From Paraspadella gotoi (lineage: Eukaryota > Animalia > Chaetognatha), in contig CM119265.1 in the NCBI GenBank assembly GCA_051294375.1, positions 22,329,308 to 22,393,307 of the forward strand: DNA of 64,000 nucleotides, written 5' to 3'. Shown piece after piece: positions 27,219 through 40,300 of the stretch. The notes beneath the pieces are model-generated. The model was given only the letters and a program-made list of their open reading frames with translations, was not told the origin of the DNA and ran no database searches. The position numbers were made by a program, and so were the translations under genes. Each line of letters opens with the position of its first letter. Position 1 is the stretch's first letter.

Positions 27219-30200
27219 GGGTCAGTCTTGAAGGAACCCCTTCACTCAGTCTATCCTTGCTTCGGAATTCTTATTCGCTGAATCTGAATCAAAACTCTGA
27301 ATCGGGCGGAGCTTAACCTACGATTTATTTATTGTTTTCCCCTTTTGGGTTTTAGTCAGAAATCGTGATTTTATTGTTTTGCTCTTTTGTTGAGTCCATC
27401 CTTTTGTTCCTTTGTTTATTTGTTCCTTTATGCATTTTTCATTTGTCTGGCTTTGGTTCTTTCTATTCTTTTTTTTTTCTTTGTTTTTTTTGTCTGTTTC
27501 TTTGGGTCTTTCTTTCTTTCTTTTATAAACTGCTCTCTTAGCTCACCCCACCTTCAATTTGGTCAATCCATCAGTTGCTTTGCTTTACCAATTCGTTTCG
27601 GATCTTCGATAGTTGAAGATGGCGCACAAAACAGTATTTCAAAGTAACAAAAGTTGGGGGGGGGGAAAGAGACAAAGTCGATCTCAAGAAGAGAGGAAAA
27701 TGAAAATGATCAAGATTAGTGAAAGAGGAGTAGGAAGGTTAAAAATAAGAGGAGGGACAAAGAGAAGAGAGTTTAAAAGACTTGAAAAAAAAAGAAAGGA
27801 AATGCTGTGAAATGGAGAATGGAAACGGGGAATGGTGATGGAGTACGCTGGAAGAGGATGGTGAATGCTGGAGAAGGAAATACTTGATCACCATCAACGG
27901 AGTTTTAAAGAAAAGGGAAATAAATGAGATTTAGAAAAAAGTGACAATCTGCGGTGACGGGTCGCGATGAAAAACCTTCAAAGCTTTGGCAACAAAAAAA
28001 TTTTTTTGTTAAAAGGCTTTGAGAAAAGATCACGTTTTGGCGGGGGAACTTTGAGAGGGTGATGTATATTTGCACGACGCGACGCGGAAATGCTGCGTCT
28101 CAAGGTAGAGGCAAAGGATTATGCAGCAATAGTATTGTGAACTTTTGGGATCCGAGTGATGCTTGGGCGTTACCTAAGGTGCCACGAACAAAATCGGTCG
28201 TAACGTGACAGCTCCGCTAAAATAGGTTGAGCGTGACAGAGTGAATTGATAAGGTTGCAGGCGAGGCTGGTTAGGCGTAACAGGATTGAGTAGCGACGAA
28301 CAAAGAAAGAGAATTCGATTAACCTTTTTGTTCATGGAACCAGCGCCAAATCGATGGAAAGGCCACCCAACGCTCTCTCTCTCTCTACTCTCTTCTCTCT
28401 CTCTCTTTTTCTCTCTCTCGCCTCTCTCTCTCTCCATCCTTATTTTACGCCCCAGGCCAACTCAGCCACGTTCACCCTCTCGCATTTATTTTCTTTTTTT
28501 TTTCCTTCCTTCTTTTATGGCTTTTGGTTCAGGTGTCCGCGTTTCTTTACTTTTCTTTTTTCTTTTTCTTTTCCTATTTTTTTTTTAAATCTTTTTGTTT
28601 TCTTTTCTTTCCTCCGCTTTCCATCTTATCCCACACTGTATTTTCTTTTCTTCTCTGTTTGCTTGTAAACTTCTCACCCTTTCTTTCTCCCTCTACAAAG
28701 AATTTACTAAAGGTGTCATCACTCACTTTTTTTCTCTCTTTCTTCTTTTTAATCTTTACTCTTCTCCCCTCCCCCACGACCCCTCCCATCGTTTTTTTTT
28801 CCCCTTTCTTTCTCTTCGCCGGACGAATTGCGTCATTCATGAGTCTTGGGTTTTTTATCTTCGTGAGAAACGACCAGACTTTACCTACTGTTCAGAGTTC
28901 ACAGCGTTCACGAAAACGTTTTTCACGTCCAAAAAGACTTTGTTTGTGGAACCGATTTCGTTTAAATATGAGCGTGTGGACGCAGATAATTTGGTCTTTT
29001 TCTTGCCATGAATTAATGATGAAACAAATTTAGTGATTTCTCCCTCAAAATAAATTTCTTTTCTTTTCTATTTGTAGACCCAAAACGCTTTCGTTTTTCA
29101 AGAATTTACTCTTCATTAATTTAATCATTATTTATTCATCCGTTTATGAATTAACTTTTATTCATTCCCCCATCTTAAGCCATTAGCCATAACGTTCTCA
29201 AAAGTCGTTTAGAAACCACTAGAATTTGAATGAGTGCTATTCAAAAACTTTTATCGGCTGTTTTCGGCACGCTACTTCCGCCATTGGATTTTATTTTTCA
29301 TAACTATAAACTATATCCAATGATAAAGTTGCCAAAAACAAACTCCGCAATAAAGTGTCGGGAAGAAACTGTCATGAAGATTCATCGTCGGACTTTTATT
29401 CATTTGAATATTTTTTCATTAACAAATAATACATTTCACCACGTGTCTCTTCATTTATTATTCATTGATTGATTTTTATTATTCAATGTCTTTCCTTTTC
29501 AGCTTTCATGAGTTTTTAATAATTATACTATCCTTTTTTATTTCTAATTAAACCTATCGTATAGCCTAACTCTTTAATCAATGCTTCATCCCAAAAAAAA
29601 AGGTTCTCATTCAAAATCTCTACCCCGATTATTCACCACTCGTGGCCCAAAAATCAAATTCGTAGCCGGAAACCATTAAACCGACGTCGCGCAACATATT
29701 TTCCCTAAGATTTCGTTTTCACGCCGTCGCCGTTGATGTTATCATCCGGAGTTTTTCACGGAATCCGGATGATCTTCTCCTGGTATCCTGTTCCCACCCC
29801 CCCCCCTCTAACGCAAGAGCCTCCTTCTGAAAATATTCAAGTGGCACCATTCGAAACCCGAGTCTCGGCCCTCGCAAATTAAATGGACTAAAAATCACTG
29901 GGCGTCGAAAACGCCAGGGAGGAGAGGAGAGAGAGAGGAGACGAGAGAGAGAGAGAGAAGAGAGAGCAGGAGAGAGAGAGAGAGTGTACTATAAAAAATA
30001 TGAAAGATACTTGAGCGAGATTAGAGAATGAAGTAGAAAGAAGAAATAGATGCTTAATCTTTTACTTCCAACTTCAATAGTATTTTTGTTTTGTTTTGCA
30101 GTCTCTTTTATTTCCATTTTCTTACATTTTCTTTTCTTTTCCATTTCTTTGATTCTTTCCTAACCGTAATTTCTCTTTTTCTATTCACTCTTTCTTTTCT

Positions 30201-30321
30201 TTTCACCAATAAAATCCACCACTTATTTTTGACCTTCCCTTCTCCCTTCTCCCTTCTCCCTTCTCCCTTCCCCCTCTCACTCTCCCTTCTCCCCCCTCGC
30301 TCGCTTCCCCTTTTCTCACAG

Positions 30322-30406
30322 CCACCGGGATTTGAAGCCGGAAAATCTTTTGCTCGACGAACAGAATTCCATAAAAATCGCGGACTTTGGAATGGCGTCG
30401 TTGCAG
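30322..30406 (+). CDS. BRSK: BRSK/SAD kinase exon with catalytic loop and DFG: (C)[28 protein letters not shown]
   Basis: ttttctcacag|c cac cgg gat ttg aag ccg gaa aat...ttg cag|gtgggt; 85 bp, phase 2 in, phase 0 out; HRDLKPEN and DFG intact. Confidence 0.96.
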
Positions 30407-30605
30407 GTGGGTGGATGTCGTCGTCGTCGTTGTCGTCGTCGTCGTCGTCGTCGTCGTCGTCTTGTAGTTGGGGTCTCGCCGTTCTGATGCTTAGATATAT
30501 TGCAATTGTTTAGTTATTGTCAAAATCGTATTCGTTTTCGTTGCAGATGTAGTACGTTCCTCATTGTTTTCCGATTGATGAGAAAATGAATCTGGAATTG
30601 CTTTT

Positions 30606-30606
<1 letters not shown>

Positions 30607-30658
<52 letters not shown>

Positions 30659-30689
30659 TATCATCATCATCATCGTCGTCGTCGTCGTC
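30607..30689. repeat. (CAT)n/(CGT)n microsatellite
   Basis: Read directly. Confidence 0.95.
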
Positions 30690-31261
30690 TGCGTCATTGT
30701 CATGGCGCAAAGTTGACGTTAGTCATTTTCATTATGGTAGTTTAACTGTGACCATCAATTCATTTAAGTCAGTAATGGGCGTCGCCTTCGTCACAAACGG
30801 AAGTCCATTGTCGTCGTCGTCGTCCCCGCCGCCGCCGCCATTTTTCTTGATAAGACGACGACGGCGCCCTCTGCAGGGATGTCCTTCAGCCTCGCCGATT
30901 TCTCTTTCCCCTTTTTTTTTATACTAGAGCCTTTTATTTCCCCCGAAAGAGCAGTGACCTTTTTTTTTCTAAAGGTCCTTTTTTCCCCTCATATAACGAA
31001 AATCCCGAGCGATGGCGTTTCGTTTGGCTCCCGACCGGTCTCGCCTTTGTTGTCGGGGTCGTCGTCGCTATTGGTGTTGGAGTTGTTGTCGTTGTTGTTG
31101 TTGTCGTTGTCAAGGACGTGGTCGTTTATTCTCATCATCGTCGTCGGCAGTGTTTTTCTCGTCGTCGTCGTCGTCGTCGTCGTTGTTGTCGTTGTTGTCG
31201 TCGGGGGGTAAAAAATACAGTGGAAAAATAAAAGGAGCGTAGTATTCCCCGATCTAATACT

Positions 31262-31500
31262 TAAGGGAGTGGTCCTTTATACAGTTGAAACATTCTTTGA
31301 AACATTATACCACTTCATTGATAGGGAAGCCAGGTACTCTGGGAGTGAATAAACGAGACTCTGAGAGAGTCTTGATTGAAAGCTTGTAAGAGTGATGGAG
31401 GCCTTAAATCCACAAAGCCTGTCCAAAGTCAGGGGCAAGATAGCTTATTTATTTAATGAATTGATAATTTTTATATTGGTTGTACCAATTTCATAGAACA
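31262..31500 (+). repeat. Dispersed repeat family B, copy 2 (begins at a TTAA)
   Basis: ttaagggagtggtcctttatacagttgaaacat..atagggaagccaggtactctggga..gatggaggcctt..aaagtcaggggcaagatag..attggttgtaccaatttcat. Confidence 0.8.
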
Positions 31501-34145
31501 TTCTATTTTTTATAATAAATATTAAATATTTATCTTTTTTTTATTTCTTCAACGTCATCGTTCTCTCCAGATCCAGAATTCTTCTTTGTTCTAGTTTGAA
31601 GAACAAAGACCGAACAATCGGTAGACCTGACATTTAACCCAAAAGGGATTAGAACTGATTTAGACGAAGGGAGTAGAGGAAAGAGCTTTGGCCCGACGGC
31701 TTGTACGCCTCTGTCCCTGAATCTTGGACTTTGGAAGAAGAGAGAAGGATCGAGTCGCTTTATGTCAGGGTCGAAGTCAGCCTTACATATTTAAGATCTT
31801 TTAAGGGGATTCTTTTAGTGTACTAAGACGTGCTGAGTTCTCTCTGGGTACCCTTTTGAGGTGGGACAGAGAGAGAGAGAGAGAGAGAGNNNNNNNNNNN
31901 NNNNNNNNNNNNNNNNNNNNNNNNNNNNNNNNNNNNNNNNNNNNNNNNNNNNNNNNNNNNNNNNNNNNNNNNNNNNNNNNNNNNNNNNNNNNNNNNNNNN
32001 NNNNNNNNNNNNNNNNNNNNNNNNNNNNNNNNNNNNNNNNNNNNNNNNNNNNNNNNNNNNNNNNNNNNNNNAAGTGAAAAAAACATCCCGAAAAAATGAG
32101 TGGAAAATTCTGGGAAACCATCTTCTCCGTTGACGGAAAGAATTTTACTGTTTATAGGGGAACGAGTTGAGTCGTTAAGGNNNNNNNNNNNNNNNNNNNN
32201 NNNNNNNNNNNNNNNNNNNNNNNNNNNNNNNNNNNNNNNNNNNNNNNNNNNNNNNNNNNNNNNNNNNNNNNNNNNNNNNNNNNNNNNNNNNNNNNNNNNN
32301 NNNNNNNNNNNNNNNNNNNNNNNNNNNNNNNNNNNNNNNNNNNNNNNNNNNNNNNNNNNNNNNNNNNNNNNNNNNNNNNNNNNNNNNNNNNNNNNNNNNN
32401 NNNNNNNNNNNNNNNNNNNNNNNNNNNNNNNNNNNNAGAAAATGGGCACCGGAAAACGAGGTCTGTTGATGGCCTTACCTTTTCGAGGAGTAAGTCTCCG
32501 CCCATAGAATTGACATCAACACGGGGTGAGCAATTTTGGAGGCGAGAAGGAAAACGAGGGGGCAGGAAAGAGAGGGAGAGAGAGGGAAAGAGAGGGAAAG
32601 AGGGGAAAGAGTGGGAAAGAGGGAAAAGATAGGGAAAGAGAGGAAAAGAGAGGAAAAGAGAGGGAAAGAGGGGAAAGAGAGGGAAAGAAAAGAAAGGGAG
32701 AATAGGAGTAAAGGAAAAGAAACGAATTATAAAAAAGAAAATAAAAATAAAGGAAAACAAAATTTTTTAAAAAAATAAATAAACAAATAAATAAATAAAT
32801 AAATAAATAGAGAAATAAATAGAGAAATAAATAAATAAATAAATAAATAAATNNNNNNNNNNNNNNNNNNNNNNNNNNNNNNNNNNNNNNNNNNNNNNNN
32901 NNNNNNNNNNNNNNNNNNNNNNNNNNNNNNNNNNNNNNNNNNNNNNNNNNNNNNNNNNNNNNNNNNNNNNNNNNNNNNNNNNNNNNNNNNNNNNNNNNNN
33001 NNNNNNNNNNNNNNNNNNNNNNNNNNNNNNNNNNNNNNNNNNNNNNNNNNNNNNNNNNNNNNNNNNNNNAAGAAAGAAAGAAAGAAAGAAAGAAAAAAAG
33101 AAAGACAGACAGAGAGAATTCGTGACACGTACAGGGTGTGCGGACAAGAACGTTCGCTTCGGTTTTCCTTCCGAAGCAAATATTTGTCAACCTTTTTTTT
33201 GCTCCTCCGTTAAAAAGGAAGAAGCGAGTGTAACATAAAAAAAAGGCCTTGGATTGTTACCCTCCTTGTCACTTTTTCCCCACACTTGGAAAGAAAGATG
33301 GAAAAAAATTGAAGATGTTGAACTTTTTCCAAAAAAAAGTTTTATGAGTTAAAAAAAAGTGATTAATAATTTATTGGCTTTTCTACAAACGATAATAGCA
33401 GCATGTAGATAAAATTAATAATATAAAACTCTATTCAGTCTTAAAAAAGCGCCAGGACTTAATACTATTTCCAAAAAGCCAAAGACCGTGCGCTCCTTTC
33501 ACCCTCTCGCCCTCTTCTCCTTTCCCCCCCCCCAAAAAAGGTTGTGTGACAGAAAACCAATAATTGGGTCGAGAATCGAAGGAAAATCTTTTTCCTGTCA
33601 AATGTAAAAAGAACGAACGTCTGCATTGTCCTTTTCTTTGGTGGGTCTCTATTCTCGCCAAGAGATTTTTTGAATATTTTATTACATAATACATACTTTA
33701 ACAAGAACGGTAATTAAAATGTTAGACATTCACCATATTTTACTGCAAAGGTTTTGGATGTGTTTAAGATGTTTAATAAAATATTTATATCACATGGTTT
33801 AACTTTTCTTTAAAAGTTTTCAAATAAAAACAGGTTAATATAGCTAAGGCATTCCAGCTCAATGTTATTTAAATTCTTTTTTTCCTATTTAAATCGGTGA
33901 ATAAGGCGTAAGGTGGCCTGAAGACTTTGTAACCAATAGTCATAGACAGGGTTACGTCTAATAGACGGGGTGAACTTACCAAAACCCCTAAGTCTTTAAT
34001 AATCTTCCTCAAGCAAAAACTAAAAAGGAGATAATAGCTCTACCTCTTTTTTTGTTCTGTCGTCATAAACGTCGTTTTCGTTTTCGTCGTCGTTTTCGTC
34101 GTCGTACTTAACGTCGTTATCTACCTCGTTATGTGAGAATTCTGC

Positions 34146-34179
<34 letters not shown>

Positions 34180-34299
34180 NNNNNNNNNNNNNNNNNNNNN
34201 NNNNTTGTTTTTGGAAATGATCCGACATCCCGAGCGATCATGAAGAGAGAGAAAGAAAAGGAGGAAGAGGAGAGGAGAGAGGGAGAAGAGAGAGAGAGA

Positions 34300-34319
<20 letters not shown>

Positions 34320-34352
<33 letters not shown>

Positions 34353-37300
34353 GACAGAATTCATAGCGGTAATACGACGTTCAAGTACGACGACGAAAAC
34401 GACGACGAAAAACGAAAGACGACAGTATTATATCTGGGCGGACAGAGAGAACAAAAACTAGACACGGTTATATAGGTTGTATGCCTTATATCTCCCTTTT
34501 TTAGCTCTGATTTGCTTAATCGATAAGATTATTGAGCGATCTTTTTTCATGGAAGATGTTCGCTTGGGAAGTTTGGGGCGTTTTGTCGTTACGGTAGCAC
34601 CTGGCTCGGCCGCAGCTTCATTAGTGCGTACCTGGTCAGGGTGGGCTCCTTCGTTGGTAGAAATTGTCCTAGCAGTCTTGCTCTGGTTGGTTTAGGTCCC
34701 AACCCTTGCGGCTCTATATTCGCAGCCGTCTCGGGATTTAACTGAATAGGAAAAGACGAATCTTTACAATAACAGTGAGCTGGAATGTGTTCTTTAAGTA
34801 GTCTCACTACTGAACAGCAACTGATTTATTTTGATAAACTCGTTCTTTTCAAAGTCACAGTGTACACAGACCATGGTCGCAATTAAATATGTGTGTAATT
34901 ATTAAAACATTCCTTACACTCGATTGTAAACACGCCTTTATATTGTCATGTAAATATCAGGATTTGATATTGACTCACGTTTATAAGTCCCTTCGTTAAG
35001 GGTGGCACGCATATGAAATTACGTTGGATGAGTTTTTGTTAAAGTACCTGCTGTATCCTACGTAATAGAGGACTATTCATTGAACGAATATATAATATTC
35101 GTAGCTTGCGAGAGACGCACCAAAGAACACCGAAGAGTGAAGCGTGTTCGGGTTTGCTGAGGAGATGCCACCGTTTGGCTGCGACTTTTGATAGCGGTTT
35201 AGAATCTAGGAATGAATTAGCAGTCTCTGATCGTTTGCTGGACCCTCGCAACTTCAGTACTAGTTCGGTAGATTTTTGTGCTGGCGTATCATCCTAGTGC
35301 CTCCATAGGCGGTTGCGCGCTTGGAGGTGTGGCGTTCCGGGGTCGAGACTGGTGATGAAGAGGCCGGGTCGAGAGCGTGAAGAGAGTGAGCATCCGGAGC
35401 CAGCTGCGCGTGAGATGTCTCTTTTGGAAAATGTATCAACGAGAGTACTAGGTCCTTATCAGAGTACAGTCTCGGAGGAGTACGCTTTGAACGATATTAC
35501 GCCTCGAATATCTCTTTGGATCCATCGTTTTTCTGTGCGGAGGGGAAGCCAGGGTTCACTTGAGAGGCAGAGATAGACATCAGGTCTACACTCGGTTGAA
35601 GAGTCTTAGTATTAATATCCAAGAAAGCCTTCGACTGATCTAGTATGGAGTGTTTTTTATTTCTCAATGCTATAGTGTGATGGCTAGGTCCCTTGAGAGC
35701 TACAGCCAAAGCCTGTCAAAGTCGGGGAGCAAGATAGACTCGTTAGATTGTATCATATCTAATGTGTACTCAGGGATCAATTTGTCTGATCATTCTGGTT
35801 TGGAATTGTTACCTTATCTCTTACATTGCGCTTCCTCCGTTTGGCCTGGGGGCATTGCCACGTTTTTTAAGACTGATAGAGTTTATATTATTATTTTATC
35901 AACATGCTGCTTTATCGGTTTAGAAAAGCCAATAATTGTTAATTGTGGCAGCTAAAACTTAAAGCTGCCCTCACTGCTGTCCGTCCTCGCCGTGTGCTTC
36001 AATGGCTGAGTGATGCCGCAGAATCCGCCAAATGTATCATGTATCTATTATGCAGTCCCGTATATACACTGCCCGGGTTCAATCGAGCTTGAAGGTATTG
36101 GTCCCTTATCGGGTGGTGAATGCATCGCGAGGTTTTGGTGGCGTTAGAATGTGACGGTGCGAGGGGGATCACTAGATTCATGGCTTAAGAACTAGTCCCA
36201 AGTGACAACGCGAAAGATGTCGGGTCCGAGAGGTGGATGTGCAGAGAGTCACATATCACCTTGGATCGGCCAGTATGTTCAGATGACATGGCGGCGGGCC
36301 ATCTTTCCGAGAACCTGTGACTATCGTTTTCTAGAATGGCAAGCCACCGGCGGCTGGTTATTCGACATTAGGAGGCATATTTTGACCTAATTCGTTATTG
36401 CTGAGATACTTTGCCCTAGGTGGCACCTTAAACTCGCCAATTGGTGGAAATATATTATCAGACGTCTACCTTTTTTTTTTAACTCGTAAAACTTTTTTGT
36501 TGTTGGCAACATATTGATCATTGCTATCTTCAACTTGTTTTCACACTACTCTCGTCTCCTCTATGCCAGAGGTTACGAGTGGGTGTATATATAAGTGCAC
36601 AAGGAGTGCATCAAGATCTCAAGGCCTCTCCTATCGATATCGTAATATGTTTGAGCAGGCTACTGCTTCTCGAGGCGTTCTTCTTTTTAACGTGGAGAAT
36701 GGGAGCAAAAAACCAGGTTAACGCAACACTGTAGTAATTGACATCTGCGGCAGAGGAGAAAACGTCTCTGATAAGCGACCGTGTCGTTGCTCACACTTGG
36801 ACAGAGCCGAACGGCAATGGGCGCGCAGGGCCGGGCCTGTACGTTGTTCGAACAGGAATTATTCCACGTTCAGCGTTCATGTCGTGTCTTTCTCTCTTGT
36901 TTCTTTTCTCTTTCTTCACTCTTTTCCTGATTTTCCGATTACGTCTTTTACTTGTTCCGGTCTTTCACTTCTGTGTTCTCTCTCTTCTCTTAGGTGCATG
37001 TTTTTCTTCTGTATATGTCTTCTTTCTTTCTTTCTTTATTTATTTACTTTATTTATCATTTAATTAATTAATTAATCTGAGTATTTCAGAATTTTATGCT
37101 CTTCATTTATGTCATTACTTAGTCTTCAATATTTATTAGTTAATTATTTATACGTATATTGATTTACTTATTTTAATGAATATTAGTCAATTCAAATTTA
37201 GTCTCTATATGTGCTTTATCTTCCTCATATTGTATTATTCTGTATTTTTCTTTTTTTTTATATTTCTGAATAATATAGTTTGGAGTTGACGTTTCCCTTG

Positions 37301-40300
37301 ATTGATTGTATGACTTTTGTTTGACTTCTCTTTTTATAGATCTTGAGGGGTTGAGTTGTTTTCCACTATTAAAGGACTGATGGCGTTGAGCCTCGCTTGT
37401 TGGCGATCCTCGCTCTTGCTCGCCGCGTTCTGCTTGTGAGTTATTGCTTGTTTCGCACGTTTCAATTGGAATCGATGAATCGTCTTCGTCCCGACGCGTT
37501 TGTTCTCGACTTTCCGCGTTCTTGTCGCACCAATCTGTTCGTTTGCTCACGTGAGCCTCTTTCTTATGTCGATCGCGTTTTGTCGCTTCTCTTTCCCCGT
37601 CTCTTCCTTCTCTTGTCGCTCTCTTTCTTCTGGGTGCTCGTACTCTTTCCCTGGCTTCGCTCTCTGTATCCCTCGCGTTGTTGACTCTTTCGAGCTTTTG
37701 TCGCATCTGATATTCTTAGTTGGGCTCGTTTTCTTGTATGACCAGCGCAGCCTGCTTCGCAGGTTCTCTCTTGTGCCGATTCGCAGGTGTCGGGGGCGCC
37801 GTTGGCGTCGCAGATAACGCCGTCCGGCGACGACGTTGGCTTTGTCCTTCTTAGGAATACTCCTCGACTGCATCTGGGTAAACTCTGCTATTTCTCCCCG
37901 AGCGCCAGTTTGAATACGCCACTCCGACGGTAAGTTTGTGGCCTCCAGCTTTTCTTTTCTTGTATATGCGCTGAACACCTTAAAACTTCCCCTGGTTCGC
38001 ATGCAGTATTATACTTTCGCCGAGCTGAACGAGCTGCCCCCTCAACCAGTGCCTGAAAATAGCTGTCGAATTTCCCGCTTACAGGTCGGACCACAATCCA
38101 GCTCCCTTATCGAATGGGCGCCGCACAGCTTCTGAATTATTTTTCGGTCCTAGCCTTGGTTAGCACAAAAAATAAAGCTACAGCGCCCCCCCTTTCTTTC
38201 ACCCCCCTTAGGGCCTTCCCACTCTCTTGCGCTGTCTCGAGTACGGCGCCAACTGCTAGACTACTCTCTGTATGAGTTCAGTTTGTTGTGATACCAGAGT
38301 TGGGCACCCCCAGTTTCTTGGGTGATGGAGTAATATGCTGCTTGGATGAGGCCCTCCTTTAACATTTCGCTTTCGAAGGCGCTCGGTCTCGCAGTGCCGC
38401 CCTGGCGTCCAGCTTCGAGAGTCCTTAGGCTTCTTCACCAACTGAGGGCGTCGGTAGAGCGGCCGCGGCCACCTTCTTTCCCTCGTGCGGCTATCCCTCG
38501 CGGGCCTTAACTAATACCTTTCCCGCCGGGTAGTATAGTTAACTCATTTAATCCCCTAAGAACCACTTGTGCCAAGTTCTTTTTATGGTCAGTGGGGCTC
38601 GCGTCGTCCTTTGATAGAGGCTCCTCTTTGGCTACATTGTCCCAATCCGCTTGCGGGGAATGTGTGGTCCTGAACACGCTCTCTTGCCCCGCTTTTTGTC
38701 CTACGACACACACAACGCCCCTTCCCTCTTTCGCCCCCCCTCTTTCCCCATCTCTTCCTCCCTTCCCCTCTCTAAGCCGTAGAAATCTCCAAGTGACTCT
38801 TGTCCTATGCTAGACCATCTTTTTGGTATTGACTACCAAACCTCGTGCTAGCGTCCAGCGCCTTGAAGTACCGCGTTCGATGGTCGTGATAGATGGTTGC
38901 CTCAGGCGGATGATGAGGGCACGAGAAAATGTCGTCCGACGGTAGACCGAACGATAAAAATGTGGGATCTTCTTTCCGATGGATCTCCCGTGTCCCATAA
39001 GTCGCTGGCTAACAAGTCCTTGTTTCTCCTAGCCATTTTTTAATTCCGCATCGCGAAAAACGAGGAAATTGCTCGAAACACGAGGTAATAAGGAATGCGT
39101 TATCGACGAGCCCGGTTTTGCTTCAACAGATCTTCTGGTTTAACTGTCGATGTTTTGTGAAGTTATAAATGCCCTTTTAAAGCAAAGTGATGGGCTCTAG
39201 TCCCTGTCCGAAGAAATGGACGTCTTATTCCTTCAATTGTCGTTGCTGATAAGGAAAGGTAAGGTCTGTGAAGGCCATGCAAAGCTGACCACGAGGCCGG
39301 TTCGAGTTGTTCCGTCCTACTTCTCGCTGGTTGGGCCCATTTTCCTTTCGGCGTTTCGTGCATAGTTAGGGCATCTTCCAGTGACGCAGCATGTTGACCC
39401 TGTCAATCTCGCCGTCCACTCTATTCACTATGCCTGGCCAATCCTCCGTACAAAGGTTTCTTTTCGCCGACCGCTCTTCTCTCTCTCTCCCTCTACTCGA
39501 TGGGAAGAAGTGGGTCGAAGTATCCATCGAGCTGGACCTTTTCCATACGACTGATAGCGCTCCACGCCTCGTTCCCCCACGGAGAGAAACCACTTTCAAC
39601 GCCTCCTCTCAACGGTTTAACGAAGCAGCCTAAATAAATTTTTCCTTCCCTGGCCAGAGAAGGCTGCGAGAGCCTTCCGGACTCTTGGACAAGGAGTCGC
39701 ACCTTACCCGTTTGGATGCGAAGTGGGTGACTACCCCGTGTTTGGCCCCTTTACTAGAATGTACGAATGGGTTCTTGGTGTAGATAGCAGACGCTCAGAG
39801 TGAACTTGAATCCAGCAATTTATACTCGCACATATTTTTCGGCCGCTTCGATTCTGATCTAAACTACTTGCGGCGATGTGTATACCTGTAGTCCCTGTTG
39901 ACTTGCCGCGATATCGTCCCGAATATGTGCGTTATGTATTCCATATAAAAGTGACCTTCAGAATCAGGAGGGCGATCGTCGATGATTAGGGCAGTCAAGT
40001 AATTTTCGGCCAAAAAATCCGCACCTAAGAGTAGTGGTTGGTCTGACGTTGGCGACGACTGGAAACGTCATCTCGGTCGAATTTTCCCTGTTGCCCCCAG
40101 TTGCACGAACTCTATTGAGGGTGCGATATGACTTCTATTGGCGACCCGTGTTGGCGGGCTGAGTTGATCTTTTGGAATCTGGGCATCCTGGCGCCATTGT
40201 TTTCTGAGTTTAGGCGGTGGACATTATTGGTCATTAGAGAGTGATGATTTCTTGCTGTCTCGGCGCCGGTCTACTCTCCGTCCGGAGTCCCGATCTCTCT

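Noticed and set aside
39990-40275. Minus-strand peptide bits resembling a Ty3/Gypsy protease (QPLLLGADFLAENYL, with a broken VD(T)GAE upstream)
   Set aside because: Lies inside the noisy inverted arm at the position matching a 181-N gap. It needs several frameshifts, and no RT, RNase H, integrase or LTR is nearby. Probably chance; a profile search on corrected sequence would settle it.
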